64,000 bases of DNA, taken from NCBI GenBank assembly GCA_048128005.1, contig JBEUKZ010000054.1, forward strand, positions 62,001-126,000. Direction: 5' to 3'. The DNA comes from Veleropilina oligotropha (lineage: Eukaryota). The notes under the pieces were generated by a model that saw nothing but the letters and a program-made list of their open reading frames with translations, was not told the DNA's origin and ran no database searches. Within the stretch, counting starts at the first letter, position 1; the number at the start of each line of letters is the position of its first letter. Made by a program: the position numbers and the translations under genes. Below are positions 1-11,509 of this stretch, piece after piece.

Positions 1-935
1 TTATATATAAGGCATTGCAACAGGTATCCAATCCATATTGGGCATTTCAACAAGGTATTCAATCCATATAATAATAATAATATAATAATAATAATACTTT
101 ATTTTACGAGGGAGAACAGTTAGTTACATAAACCAATCTTTCCTGAGTCCCTCAAAACTAACTACTAGTAGATACAAATATTAACTAACTATGCATAGTA
201 TTGTATAACACAAAGTCACATATATTAATAATAATATATAAATAAGTGATTGCTAACAATAAATAGGTCACTCAATCACATCAAAGTAGATGAATAGTGT
301 ATCAATACAGTAATGTAGATATGATGTAATTACATCGTCTTATATGTGTACACAAAAACAGCATATCTGAATAGAGGCAAGTTATAAATATGCGAAATAG
401 TGCAGTCACACACATCAGCGTGGATTCTTTAGATGGTGTATCATTTTATGTTTAAAATCATATATTGATTTAGCATGTTTTACAGCTTGGGGTAAATTGT
501 TCCATAGCTGGGAGCCCGTGTATGTGAAAGTTCGTTTTAGCAATTCAGTTCTTGGTTTGGGAAGATATAATTTGTTATTTGTAGCTGATCTCAGTTCCTT
601 ATTGTGTATTTGGTGATTGAATTTAAAGTTCGTTTGAAGGTACATTGGTGCAAGGTCATTAGAACATTTATACATTAACATTCCTTTACTTAGCTGAAGT
701 CTGTCATTGAAATTTAACCAATCCAGTGTCTTGAAAAGCTCTTTACTTGGGGCATCATAACTTGCATCCAAGATTATTCTATATAAGGCATGAAAGCAAG
801 ATATTCCATCTAAGTATATAAGGCATTGTGATGTGGTATTCAATCCATATACAGAGCATTGTTGCAAGGTATTCAATCCATATATAGGATATTGTAACAT
901 ATATTGTTCAATCTATATTTAAGGCATTATAACAA
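1..935. repeat. Degenerate ~30-bp minisatellite (approx. ATATAAGGCATTGCAACAAGGTATTCAATCC) split by a LINE insertion
   Basis: Related units occur at 1-68 and 781-935, on both sides of the LINE fragment. Confidence 0.6.
69..780 (-). mobile_element. 5'-truncated LINE (CR1/L2-group): ORF2 C-terminus, 3'UTR and (TAT)n tail
   Basis: RIILDASYDAPSKELFKTLDWL..LYLPKPRTELLKRTFTYTGSQLWNNLP aligns with the C-terminus of the RT ORF at 27203-28783. The minus strand ends AATAAAG(TAT)n, and the 3' terminal motif is shared with the element ending at 29248. Confidence 0.9.
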
Positions 936-1448
936 GGCATAGCTGATATCATATGCATAGAAATTTATGAGAAAATGTACTACGTACTAAAACTCTCAAT
1001 GTAACTATGAGCAAGAGGATCCAGGCAGAGCATATGTACATCATCTCCCCTTGACTCCAAGTACTTTTTGTTTATATTGAAGTTTATTTGGCTATAATTT
1101 TGTTTGACACGATGTAGGGTAAAATCTAGACGTCCATTATTATCATGCAGAGAAAGCCCTGCCCACTTATGGACCACTATGACTGTTATGTCGGTCACGT
1201 CTTCGCCGACTGAACGGAGCCCTCATTTGCACCGTTATTATGAGTGAATTGGAAGCAAATTGTTTAGTTTTATGCCCACATTTTAGCAATTTTTCAGTTA
1301 TATTGTGTGCTAACCCAAGGCTGAAGTGTAATGTCTATATCCGCCTATTGATGCTGTGTTCAATTGAGAAGACATACAATAATTCATACATGATAAAAAT
1401 TCAAATATTCGGGATCAAATATTGTCTTTGGCTTCGAGGTCCAGCAAA

Positions 1449-2527
1449 ATAAACACTCGTGCGCTCCACCACCTACATGTGAGGCAATCAATCGGCGGTC
1501 ATATTAGTGTCTTATATAGGATCTAATAAACACTCGTGCGCACCACCACCTACATGTGAGGCAATCACTGGGCGATCATATTAGTGTCTTATATAGGATC
1601 TAATGAACACTCGTGCACGCCACCACCTACATGTGAGGCAATCAATGGGCGGTCATATTAGTGTCTTATATAGGATCTAATGAACACTCGTGCGCTCCAC
1701 CACCTACATGTGAGGCAATCAATGGGCGATCATATTAGTGTCTTATATAGGATCTAATGAACACTCGTGCGCTCCACCACCTACATGTGAGGCAATCAAT
1801 GGGCGATCATATTAGTGTCTTATATAGGATCTAATGAACACTCGTGCGCACCACCACCTACATGTGAGGCAATCACTGGGCGATCATATTAGTGTCTTAT
1901 ATAGGATCTAATGAACACTCGTGCGCACCACCACCTACATGTGAGGCAATCAATGGGATATCATATTAGTGTCTTATATAGGATCTAATGAACACTCGTG
2001 CGCACCACCACCTACATGTGAGACAATCAATGGGCGATCATATTAGTGTCTTATATAGGATCTAATGAACACTCGTGCGCACCACCACCTACATGTGAGG
2101 CAATCAATGGGATATCATATTAGTGTCTTATATAGGATCTAATGAACACTCATGCGCACCACCACCTACATGTGAGGCAATCAATGGGATATCATATTAG
2201 TGTCTTATATAGGATCTAATGAACACTCGTGCGCACCACCACCTACATGTGAGGCAATCAATGGGATATCATATTAGTGTCTTATATAGGATCTAATGAA
2301 CACTCGTGCGCACCACCACCTACATGTGAGGCAATCAATGGGATATCATATTAGTGTCTTATATAGGATCTAATGAACACTCGTGCGCACCACCACCTAC
2401 ATGTGAGGCAATCAATGGGATATCATATTAGTGTCTTATATAGGATCTAATGAACACTCGTGCGCACCACCACCTACATGTGAGGCAATCAATGGGATAT
2501 CATATTAGTGTCTTATATAGGATCTAA
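1449..2527. repeat. 77-bp tandem repeat, ~14 near-identical copies
   Basis: Unit GAACACTCGTGCGCACCACCACCTACATGTGAGGCAATCAATGGGATATCATATTAGTGTCTTATATAGGATCTAAT. CACTCGT recurs at 1454, 1531, 1608, 1685. Confidence 0.95.
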
Positions 2528-2669
2528 ACAATGAAATTCGAATACAGAAATGTTGACATTGCTTCATTATATGATAATTTCATTGTAGTAAATTTAAGCT
2601 TGTTGGTTGATTGGCAACATTGTTTTGTGACCATTTTTCAGCCATATCGCTGTCTGGATTGCAGGTTAA

Positions 2670-2818
2670 TTGTCTTGCTCCGATCTGACCGACATATATT
2701 TGGGATATGCCTTTTATTATTTTATGCGGTAGAACGAACCGCCGCTGGCCTCGAACCCAAGACCAACTAACAGCTTTGTTAAGAATCTGACGCGCTAACC
2801 ACTCACATGACGATGCCA
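2670..2818 (-). mobile_element. tRNA-derived SINE (family A, Meta-domain-like core), 3'-truncated
   Basis: Minus strand has A-box-like GTGAGTGGTTAGCGCG and B-box GGGTTCGAGGCC. The core GGCATATCCC..ATGTCGGTCAGATCGGAGC is shared with 8150-8296 and 10470-10697. Confidence 0.7.
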
Positions 2819-3062
2819 CTAACCACTCACATGACGATGCCACTAACCACTCACATGACGATGCCACTAACCACTCACATGACGATGCCACTAACCGCTC
2901 ACATGACGATGCCACTAACCACTCACATGACGATGCCACTAACCGCTCACATGACGATGCCACTAACCACTCACATGACGATGCCACTAACCGCTCACAT
3001 GACGATGCCACTAACCGCTCACATGACGATGCCACTAACCACTCACATGTCGATGCCACTAA
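2794..3062. repeat. 24-bp tandem repeat CTAACCACTCACATGACGATGCCA, ~11 copies
   Basis: Direct reading. The unit equals the 5' head of the adjacent SINE. Confidence 0.95.
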
Positions 3063-3247
3063 TAAACTTGTAATTAAAATAAGACTATTCTTGTAAGAAG
3101 TAATGTATTTTGTTTTCATTATTTCAAGATATAAACTATTTACAGGTTTAAAGACTTGTAATCTTGTTTTGTATTTTGTTTGTTTGTAATTGCTGAATTG
3201 GTCACTGTAAGAATGTTGAAAGGCAGAGATGTTTTTTTCTTTTTCAG

Positions 3248-3382
3248 CTTCTTGCTGTCCCTCCTGGAGCTGAGTGAGGAGATCGCAGAGGCTGAGGCCG
3301 CTTGTCGTCGGGAGCAACTCGCATATAATCAACTCTGTCAGCAGACCACCGCATCACTGACCAAGTACAACTCGTTGAAAAA
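3248..3382 (+). CDS. HAUS1: HAUS augmin-like complex subunit 1, internal exon (first seen in window)
   Basis: ttttcag|..|gtaaag, 135 nt, phase 2-2. Encodes FLLSLLELSEEIAEAEAACRREQLAYNQLCQQTTASLTKYNSLK and joins in frame to the downstream exons. No upstream exons were found in the window. Confidence 0.8.
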
Positions 3383-3785
3383 GTAAAGTATTTTGCTATT
3401 CATTGGATGTTGTTAATTCAGTCAACAGATGGGTTATCATATCATAGATATGCATTTCATTCTATGTGGTACGTATCTTTTACAATAATTAAATACACTC
3501 AAGAGTATTTTGATCCACTTTTATAGAATAGATTACATTTTGACTGATAATTATGAGAGATTTTGTAAAGTTTTTATATATTTTTAGTTGAATGTCAGAA
3601 GCCTTCTTGCCAGAACATGTTTTTAACCTTTTAGATGCATAATGTGAAAGCTATAAAATAATATAAATATCATATGAAATATTTTCTTTTGAATATTGTT
3701 CCAAGAAACTATTGGATTATATGTAAATATCATGTAATACTATGCATTTTATGTGAATTGTCATGATGACATGTATTCATGTCAG

Positions 3786-3909
3786 AGCCATTCAAGTAAT
3801 CGAAGGCAACTCACAGAAAGCTGGAACAGAAATGGAGAACCATCAACAGTCTGCTGCCTTCTACAAGAGCAAGGCCCAGAATTATGCCAAGGAAATACGC
3901 AAACTGGAG
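3786..3909 (+). CDS. HAUS1: HAUS1 internal exon
   Basis: gtcag|..|gtgggt, 124 nt. AIQVIEGNSQKAGTEMENHQQSAAFYKSKAQNYAKEIRKLE resembles the HAUS1 FLKAKSEEF region. Confidence 0.85.
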
Positions 3910-4200
3910 GTGGGTTGGTCTGTCAATAAACTGGAGGTGGGTTAGTCTGTCAATAAACTAGAGGTGGGTTGGTCTGTCAATAAACTGGACGTGGGTTGGT
4001 CTGTCAATAAACTGGAGGTGGGTTAGTCTGTCAATAAACTAGAGGTGGGTTGGTCTGTCAATAAACTGGAGGTGGGTTAGTCTGTCAATAAACTGGAGGT
4101 GGGTTTGTCTGTCAATAAACTGGACGTGGATTGGTCTGTCAATAAACTGGAGGTGGGTTAGTCTGTCAATAAACTAGAGGTGGGTTGATCTGTCAATAAA
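3901..4200 (+). repeat. 27-bp tandem repeat AAACTGGAG|GTGGGTTRGTCTGTCAAT, ~11 copies, built from the exon end plus splice donor
   Basis: The first unit overlaps the last 9 nt of the HAUS1 exon and its donor. Confidence 0.95.
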
Positions 4201-4279
4201 CGAGTTATACGTTTTACTGTCAAATGTTTTTAATAATTTTCCACTGTTTACTGATGTTCAGTTCAAATATTTCTTTCAG

Positions 4280-4345
4280 GCAAAACTACATGGTCTTGGC
4301 TTGAAACCATCGCTCTACCACAAGGAGTTAGTGAAGAAGTCTGAG
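4280..4345 (+). CDS. HAUS1: HAUS1 internal exon
   Basis: ctttcag|..|gtattt, 66 nt. AKLHGLGLKPSLYHKELVKKSE resembles HAUS1 EQLSARGMDASLSHQSLVALSE. Confidence 0.9.
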
Positions 4346-4693
4346 GTATTTAATTATTTGCATTGAAATCTGAATCATCATTTTATAATAGCATAAGAGT
4401 AAAAAGTACTGCTTGACACAGCATCTTTTATAAATCTAGCCGAGTGTTTTCCTTTTTAGCTACTGGCTCCAATCATGATATCTCCTAGATGTTATTGCAT
4501 AGCAATAATGGTCCTTCATTTCTACTATAAATTTGTCTATTTCAAGACTCTATATTTGTATTCAAGTTATAGTAATAATCGTTCGGTCTACTGTGATAGC
4601 ACTATTTGTACTTGTGTTTGCGGTAATTGGTATAATCGTTATTGTAACACAGTTTAACATCAATAGCATCTTAACAATGGATTTTTTATGCAG

Positions 4694-4765
4694 AATTTGC
4701 AGTCTTTAAAAGATGAAGTGTCTAAATTACGGACAAAGGTTAGCGCCTACCACAGTTTACCACCA
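4694..4765 (+). CDS. HAUS1: HAUS1 internal exon
   Basis: atgcag|..|gtaagt, 72 nt. NLQSLKDEVSKLRTKVSAYHSLPP matches the HAUS1 LxxYxDLxP motif. Confidence 0.9.
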
Positions 4766-5674
4766 GTAAGTTTTTAAGTAGTGTCTTAAAGCTATTAATT
4801 TATACACGACTGTGTAGCATGACTGATCACCCTCTACCGCACAGTTCGTGCAGATTGGTACAAATTTCGTGAAGATATGATCGATATATGATCAAATGAT
4901 AGACTTTAATTGAAATTATTATTGTAACAGCAATATATATTATTGTCAACTTGAGGTAGAAAGCTATCTTTCTTGACAAGCAGAAACCTACGCAACTGTG
5001 CTCCAACTAGGTTATTTGGAAATGTCACTCGGTGCGCGGTAATTAAAAGCGGACCGCAAATTACTGACGAAGTTCAGTGTTGAAAATTCCTAACTTTTGT
5101 GTTATAAACAAAAAGTGTTTCTTTTCAAAGAAAAAAGAGCGCATTTACGGGCAATAGTTTCTTTAACATGAATTTTGCTTTAACCTATACAGTGATCATG
5201 CATTGTGAGCAACAGATCATTGTAAATGATATAATTAGTTGCAACGAACAATCCATAAGTTTTATACACCCGCCAATAGGCGATTGGTATTCATTGTGCA
5301 AAGGACCTGTCTGTACTTGCGTTAAATTGGACAGTATGACGCGGATTCAATTACCATGCTTCTGTTGTGGGTTATTCAATGCTTATAATTAGTAGAAGGG
5401 ATCGCTTTTAAAACATGTCTTAGCATGGGGATGTTAAATCAAGGTTCGGACTACAGACACCAGTGAAAATTTGTTAAAATGTGGTCGTAAAATATAACTA
5501 TGGATATGTTAAAGTGAGACATTAACCATCTATCCAAACTAAGCCGACACTGTCACGGTTACCGTGGTTATGGTTACCGTGTTAACTGTCCCATTGCAGC
5601 CTTGGTTGCAGCATTCATGAACCAAGTCTGATGAAGTTTTAAATTAATATTATATACCGGTATGTCTCTTTCAG

Positions 5675-5722
5675 AATGTCTCCCTGTCACTGGTAAAGGT
5701 GAAAGAAGCAAAACAGACAATT
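5675..5722 (+). CDS. HAUS1: HAUS1 internal exon
   Basis: ctttcag|..|gtaagg, 48 nt. NVSLSLVKVKEAKQTI resembles NPSLAQVKIEEAKREL. Confidence 0.9.
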
Positions 5723-5929
5723 GTAAGGGTCTTGGAGATATATGGTGGTTATCCATGGTTTCCAGAGTATTTAGAGCCTAACTAAAAAAACATGCATTAA
5801 ATTTTCGAATTTACTAAACTTGCTCCATTTATTAACAGAATTCTTGACATGTGCCTTTTGGTATTTGAGAACTTTATTAATTTTGGGCATGCCTTTTAAG
5901 CAGGGCTATAGTCTTGGATTGTTTATGGC

Positions 5930-6190
5930 AGCAATGTCTGCAAATTGCTTTCTGTCACATAGAAGACGCAATGCTTGACCTACAATTTCCTTATTTCGAA
6001 AACTTGTATACCATCAGGCCTTCCCCTAGTTCATAGCTGGGGTCACTGTGTCAAAGGTCAAGGTCACTTTTGTGTATTTAAGTTATGTCACTTGAAAGAT
6101 TGCTTTCTGTCACATAACAGATGAACCACTAGACATACCCCTTTCATATTTTGTATGCACCAAAGTTCAGAGATCAAGGTCGTTTTGTGT
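5930..6190. repeat. Degenerate two-unit ~155-bp repeat with AAGGTCAAGGTCA motif (Helentron/HINE-type internal repeat remnant)
   Basis: TTGCTTTCTGTCACATA occurs at ~5945 and ~6100, and AAGGTC..TTTTGTGTATTTA occurs twice. Confidence 0.4.
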
Positions 6191-6501
6191 ATTTATAGCT
6201 GACTGAGCATTTAATCATCATTTTATTTATCTGTTACAGTGTAATAAACAGTGTTTCTTTTTCAAAAAATGTGATAATGTGTCAACTACTGAAGTGATGC
6301 CTTTTGGTTTTAGGACCAATTTAATTTTTGACCGACTATCTAAATTGATCAATTCTTAATTTATTCAACCATAACTACTTAACAGCATTAACTAATGGCG
6401 CCATTGGGCGACCTATGGGAAGTCATGACGAATGTATTGCTCTACCTTAAAGTTTGTTTCATGATATTGGTAAGACTTTGATATATAATTTTCATTTTCA
6501 G

Positions 6502-6552
6502 GCTGAATTGGAAGCAGAAATCTCAAAGAAAATCGACCTTCAACATTTGTGA
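6502..6552 (+). CDS. HAUS1: HAUS1 terminal coding exon
   Basis: ttttcag|GCT..TGA. AELEAEISKKIDLQHL* resembles DSIEAELTRRVDMMEL*. Confidence 0.9.
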   Translation, partial: AELEAEISKKIDLQHL

Positions 6553-7434
6553 TCGTTAACAAATTGCAACACAATGAAGATGAGGATTCTTTCAAAGGAC
6601 ATTGATGTAGATTATTTTTGAGGGTCATTTACTTTTCGACCACACTATGTCTTCTGAATGTTGTGTGGGGCGGTATTATGAGTCTTAATAAGCACCCCAA
6701 AACATTATCCCATACAATTTGAACAAAATATATTTGTAAATTACCGGGGATACCACTCAGTGACAGAGAGGATAAGGGTGTTGTTTTTACTCTGCGCAGG
6801 TTCCACATGTGAGGGTTCAAGATCGCTCAGACATTTCTGGGCTAACAGTCGCAGTGATCCACAGTCATAGAGATCTGAACATAGAGAGATCTGAACATAG
6901 CATTTGTACAGATTTTAAACACTTTCGGCCTGCTAAGCACTGCTGTAGTTGCATCTAATGTTGATGAGTTATTTTCATGTACCGCTGGACCTACATTATT
7001 CAAGATAATTATAGCATGGACCTTGTATAGCGTCATGACGTGTTACAGTTCGAATGTTAGTGTGCCCCATAAATGTCATTTATTGTATATTTATATTCGG
7101 ATACTCACTCTACGCGGTATCCCCGGGCGACCGGGATTTCTTTCCGCGATGATATGAACTTGTCCTGGTGTTCCATTAAGGATGCATGGCAAACCCAACT
7201 AATTAAACCATTCATACTTAAAGTGGACTGAAGGCTTTCTTTATTGCGACGAGTTTTGTCCAAATTAAGATGTACGTTAAACTGCTTAAGTAAATTTCCC
7301 TTAAATCTTTTATCCGGAGAGAAAGTGTGCAGCCAAAAGATTTACCAGGTGTGGCATTATTTTAACTTCAGTCAACACATGTAGATGACATCAGATTGAT
7401 GAATACCGAAAATTTGATTTACTACCGGTAGTAT

Positions 7435-7693
7435 TTAACCTGGGCGCATTTTCTTTTCGACCCACTTTAAAGTGTTCGAATTGTCATAAGTCCAAGAATA
7501 CCAGTTCACACTGTTCGCGTAAGTTGGTTCCTGTTCGTCGTAGTTCTGTAATGGCCATTGAGATTCGCATCGTAACAATGACGGTACCACCAGCCGCCTT
7601 GAAACTCTGTGGCGCAATGCCGACTGGAATCGTCGTCATTATCTGTGTTTTTCTTAGAGAACATCATTCCGCTATGGTACCGCATAGAATCTC
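7435..7693 (-). pseudogene. Duplicated FReD terminal exon with a 1-nt frameshift
   Basis: ttttcag|GA GAT TCT ATG CGG TAC CAT. Reads DSMRYHSGMMFSKKNTDNDDDSSRHCATEFQGGWWYRHCYDANLNGHY, then shifts frame near 7547 to NYDEQEPTYANSVNWYSWTYDNSNTLKWVEKKMRPG*. Length is 259 nt versus 254 nt for the intact copy. Confidence 0.85.
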
Positions 7694-8149
7694 CTGAAAA
7701 TCAACAGGCATTTAAGCACACATGTATAGGCACGCGAGTATGCGTACCTGTAGTGTGTAGTGCATAGGCACGCGAGTACGCGCACCTGTAGTGTGTATGG
7801 TAGTGCAGTCATACGTACAAGTTCACATATATTTTCAAACAATTTACAATGAATGTTCATCTTTAAAATGTGAAATGGTTGTTGGTAATTCAATTTTATC
7901 ATTGTAAATTACATGTTATTTCAATGATGTTATGTTAATTTTGTTTTAAGAGCTGATGTGATGAAAACTGTGCACCATTGATATTGTACAGCATCCAGCC
8001 CAAGACTAGAATATTAATTCACAAATCCTCTAAGCTAGCTCCAGCACACGTGGTTGGCTTGAGGAATTACATTAACCAACACCTTGAGCGAATATTTAAG
8101 TGGTATATTAAGCTGCCGGCTGGCCTCGAACCCGGGGCCTCAACAGAGG

Positions 8150-8296
8150 CAGCCAGGCAGCTTATTCTACAGCTTAGAATAATAGATGGCATATCCCTTG
8201 TGTATGTCAGTCAGATCGGGGTGGGACCTTAAACCTGGTGTCCCGACTGCGTTAAAGTTGAAAATTGCCAAAATGGTCTTATAATCAACCAAGTCG
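8150..8296 (+). mobile_element. SINE family A, partial copy
   Basis: GCTTATTCTA..AATAGATGGCATATCCC..CAGATCGG..ACCTTAAACC..GTGTCCCGAC..GTTAAA..GAAAATTGCCAAA matches 10555-10690. Confidence 0.75.
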
Positions 8297-8698
8297 TTTT
8301 TAGCAACCTTCAGATTCACACCAGGAAGAAATTTCCCCCTTGTATGGAGGCACAGGTGCCCTATAGTGTGTTAATGCATTGCTCCAAATTCCCTTGTTCT
8401 GATTGCATTGGTCTCCTGATCTTGGCTCCCAAGATAATTGTTAACATGGGACATTAAGCATCGATCAAGCTAAATTAAAGCATTTATAATTAAAATACAT
8501 ATACAAAGTATGACCATAGACTGATTTCTTTATCGCGACATGTTTAATCCAATTTATGAAGCACGATTTGTTTCTTCAAATCAGCTCCAAATAGAAGCTG
8601 AGATGCGCGAGCCGTAAAGTGACAGTCAGACTGGTTGTGGAAGGGTTTTTTCTCCAGCCAAAGAAATAAGATTTAGAAAAGCCTAAAACATCATTTAT

Positions 8699-8952
8699 TT
8701 AACTTGGGCGCATTTTCATTTCTACCCACTTCAAATTGTACGAATTTTCGTAAGTCCAAGTATACCAATTCACAGTGTTCGCGTCCGCTGTCACCTGTTG
8801 GTTGTGATAAATCCCGTTAAGGTTCGCTTCATAACAACTACGATACCACCAACCGCCTTGAAAGTCTGTGGCGCATTGTCGTTTGGAATCGATATCGTTA
8901 TCAGAATTTTTCGTAGAGAACAGCATGCCGCTATGGTACCGCATGGAATCTC
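8699..8952 (-). CDS. Fibrinogen-related domain protein (ficolin/tachylectin-5/angiopoietin-like), exon 6 (terminal)
   Basis: ttttcag|GA, phase 1. DSMRYHSGMLFSTKNSDND..CATDFQGGWWYRSCYEANLNG..WYTW..LKWVEMKMRPS* is a canonical fibrinogen C-terminus. Confidence 0.92.
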
Positions 8953-10469
8953 CTGAAAATCAACATGCAATTTAGACAGACGCATGTATAAGCACGCATA
9001 TATACATAGGACCTGTGGGTGGTATTATGGTCCACGAAAAATATAGTTCGACAGCAGGAGCAGGGGGGTGAGGAGACTTTTCTAGTGAAGCCTAGAATGG
9101 GGCGTGGCGGCTCCCAACCCTTGTTCAGACAGCAGGGAAGTGGTCATACCACATGGAATGGGCCGCAGTGGCTCCCAGCCCCTCTTCAGAAAACTGTATA
9201 TCATAAATAGTGTTCATAATTATATATACCCATAAAATGCCCAGGGTTGGTCCATCGGTAGAACGAGATCGCTAAAATCACTTACCTGTGTAAGTGATTC
9301 AGCCCTCCTCAGAATAGCTGTCAGCCATTTCAGGCTGTCGACTTTACAAATTTCTTTATAACAATTTCCTATATGTCGCCTTATTGTGTTGCACGTAACC
9401 ACAATCCAGGGCATTCCAAACGAAACTGATACTCCAGACAAGGTAACATTTCTTGTTCACATATTTGCGAACACTACAACATGATTCGAGAAACATTTCT
9501 TTTTGCCAACTCAGTGATTTTTGGTCATTGTGTCTACGTCTTGACGAAAATTTTGGAATCTGAATTTCCAGTCATTGACAGCTTCACTACCCGTTACAAT
9601 GGAGGCAACAAGAAAATCTATGCTTACAATAATGAATGAACACCCGACAGACTTTTGTCAAGAATTGTGGCTACAGCTGGCTATTGATAACGGCAACAGA
9701 TGTGTTGATACAGACAGTATCAATAGTGCAATATAATTTACCGATAGAATAATTACCTTTTCATTTCTCGTTTGACAGCTTTGCATGGTAACCAAAAGGG
9801 TCCATTGGAAAATATAATTTTCACTGTAACAAGTAAACTAGCCAAAGGCAGGGTATACTTAGGCGGATCTATCTGACTACCTGAGAGGACGCAGAAGCAC
9901 ATAGTTAAATAAATATGTAATCACCTGTTGCCAATGAACAGTTGCATGGCGATTGATATCAGATTCGAGCCCATGAGCCAAAGCAATCATCAGAGAACCA
10001 TGGCATGATGAGAGCGAGGAACATTCCACAAAAATTACAGTATTGGCATCCGGACCACAATCGTTCGCGCTTATACGATTGTAGTGACACGAGGCTGGCT
10101 GAATAGGAGCTGGGTTTTGTAGCAAGTTTTTTCGCAAGGGATGCAGTCGTATGTTATACGATGTCTGTTTTCTGTAACTAGCCAATGTACGTTCAAGGAT
10201 CAGTGCGGTGTCATCAGATGAGCCACCCATAAATAGAACAACTGACAGTATTATGAGTTTCATGGTTATGCACATAGATGCCCTCTCTTTGATATGGCGG
10301 TGGATATTCATAGCCGTGGTTTAGTTCAATTGTCAGTTGCAAACCCCAATTTTTTTCAACAACTGCACGAGCCTCCCCATCCGCTAAGGCCTCTGAAATG
10401 TGGTCCTTGATGGTTAAGTTTGCTTTCGACAAGTATTCGTATCTCGTCATGCTTCATAGCCTGCCTTAC

Positions 10470-10697
10470 CGTCCTCTATAGGTCAACTGGTTAGAACGTT
10501 GGAAAAACGTTATGTGGGATGGTAGGATGTGGGTTCAAGCCCGCTCTGGCCTGGCTTATTCTAAGGCTTAAAACTAATAGATGGCATATCCCTAATGTAT
10601 GTCGGTCAGATCGGAGCGAGACCTTAAACCGGGTGTCCCGACCACGTTAAATCTGAAAAATTGCCAAAGGGGTCGTAAAACAAAGTCAACTCAACTC
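10470..10697 (+). mobile_element. SINE family A, near full length
   Basis: A-box-like TAGGTCAACTGGTTAG, B-box GGGTTCAAGCCC, core AGATCGGAGCGAGACCTTAAACCGGGTGTCCCG (Meta-domain-like), and tail TCAACTCAACTC. Confidence 0.8.
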
Positions 10698-10954
10698 TTA
10701 ACCTTCCCCTGGTGGCGGCAGCTAACATATTTACCAGCCATGCTAGCGACCCATGCCGCTAATTCAACTGCTAATACAACCGGGGCCACAATAACTGGCG
10801 ACAACAGACCAACGCTGGTGTTACCCATACCAAAGCTGGCAATGACAAAGGTCATATCAATCCCATCAATAACGTTCAGGCCTCTTTGGTACTTCTTGTA
10901 CAGAGTAGCCCTTGTCTCCCTCTCCCGTTCTAGTTGTCCCTGAAGCTCATTCAC

Positions 10955-11167
10955 TTTTTATGCCACCACCAATTTATTGGGGTGGCATTTAGATTTACTC
11001 TTGTCCGTCCCGTCCCGTCCGTCCCGAAACCAGTATTTGCGTGTAAGCAACTCCAATCTGCTATAACTTCTATTTGCCTTCATGGATTGACTTGATACTT
11101 TGTACACTGCCCCTATGGTCAAGGCTGCCAGTGGGGGCATTCGTGTCCGATGGACATATTTCTAGTT
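10955..11167 (+). mobile_element. Non-autonomous Helentron-associated (HINE/DINE-1-like) element
   Basis: 5' TTTTTATGCCACC..GGGTGGCAT inverted repeat, (GTCC/GTCCC)n microsatellite, 3' GGGGGCAT, stem-loop TGTCCGATGGACA and TTTCTAGTT end. Inserted at a TT site. Confidence 0.85.
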
Positions 11168-11509
11168 ACAGTCTGAATGACTGCTGGCACGCCATCTAGT
11201 TGTGGATACAACGATGTGGCTGACGGCATTATAAGTTTGTCTATCACACTGTGTGGCTATAATCTTCCATGGGGCATTGAGGGCAAAGATGATTGTTAGC
11301 TTATCCGAGCCCAGGCCTACTCCATTTACGGAACATGACTTGGGCTTTCCCCCGGCAATCTGGACAGGCGTTATATGAATCGTTACAAAGTGTGTTCAAC
11401 CCAAACCGCCCTCCAGTGTTTGGAATTCGAAACTCCCGGAACACCAGGGCCTTCTTGCGCGCTTCGCCGCAATTGAGTACGAAGTTGTGTGAGTTCAGTC
11501 GATTCCAAG

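Larger units (their letters stand above)
10372..11229 (-). pseudogene. Decayed Polinton/Maverick(adintovirus)-type gene with hydrophobic hairpin, interrupted by a HINE and a SINE
   Basis: Removing 10955-11167 and 10470-10697 gives MPSATSLYPQLDG..QSFRL*KVNELQGQLERERETRATLYKKYQRGLNVIDGID..GLLSPVIVAPVVLAVELAA..AMKHDEIRILVESKLN/IKDHISEALADGE, with frameshifts. The motif pattern is recalled from invertebrate Polinton-like elements. Confidence 0.6.

Noticed and set aside
781..900. N-terminal part of ORF 415-900 as LINE protein
   Set aside because: It is read from the flanking ~30-bp minisatellite. LINE homology starts at RIILDAS (~780).
1449..2527. CRISPR-like array
   Set aside because: Head-to-tail units with no unique spacers, no cas genes, and a eukaryotic intron context. 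The same applies to the other arrays.
2580..3332. 250-aa minus-strand ORF with LVASSCEW repeats
   Set aside because: A composite of antisense HAUS1 exon, intron, 24-bp repeat and SINE.
9286..9368. Minus-strand exon-like segment with a strong gtaagt donor
   Set aside because: No fibrinogen similarity, and its 83-nt length would break the frame between exons 5 and 6.
10470..10560. tRNA gene
   Set aside because: A- and B-box-like motifs are present, but there is no cloverleaf and the sequence continues into a dispersed SINE body. The same holds for the other SINE heads.
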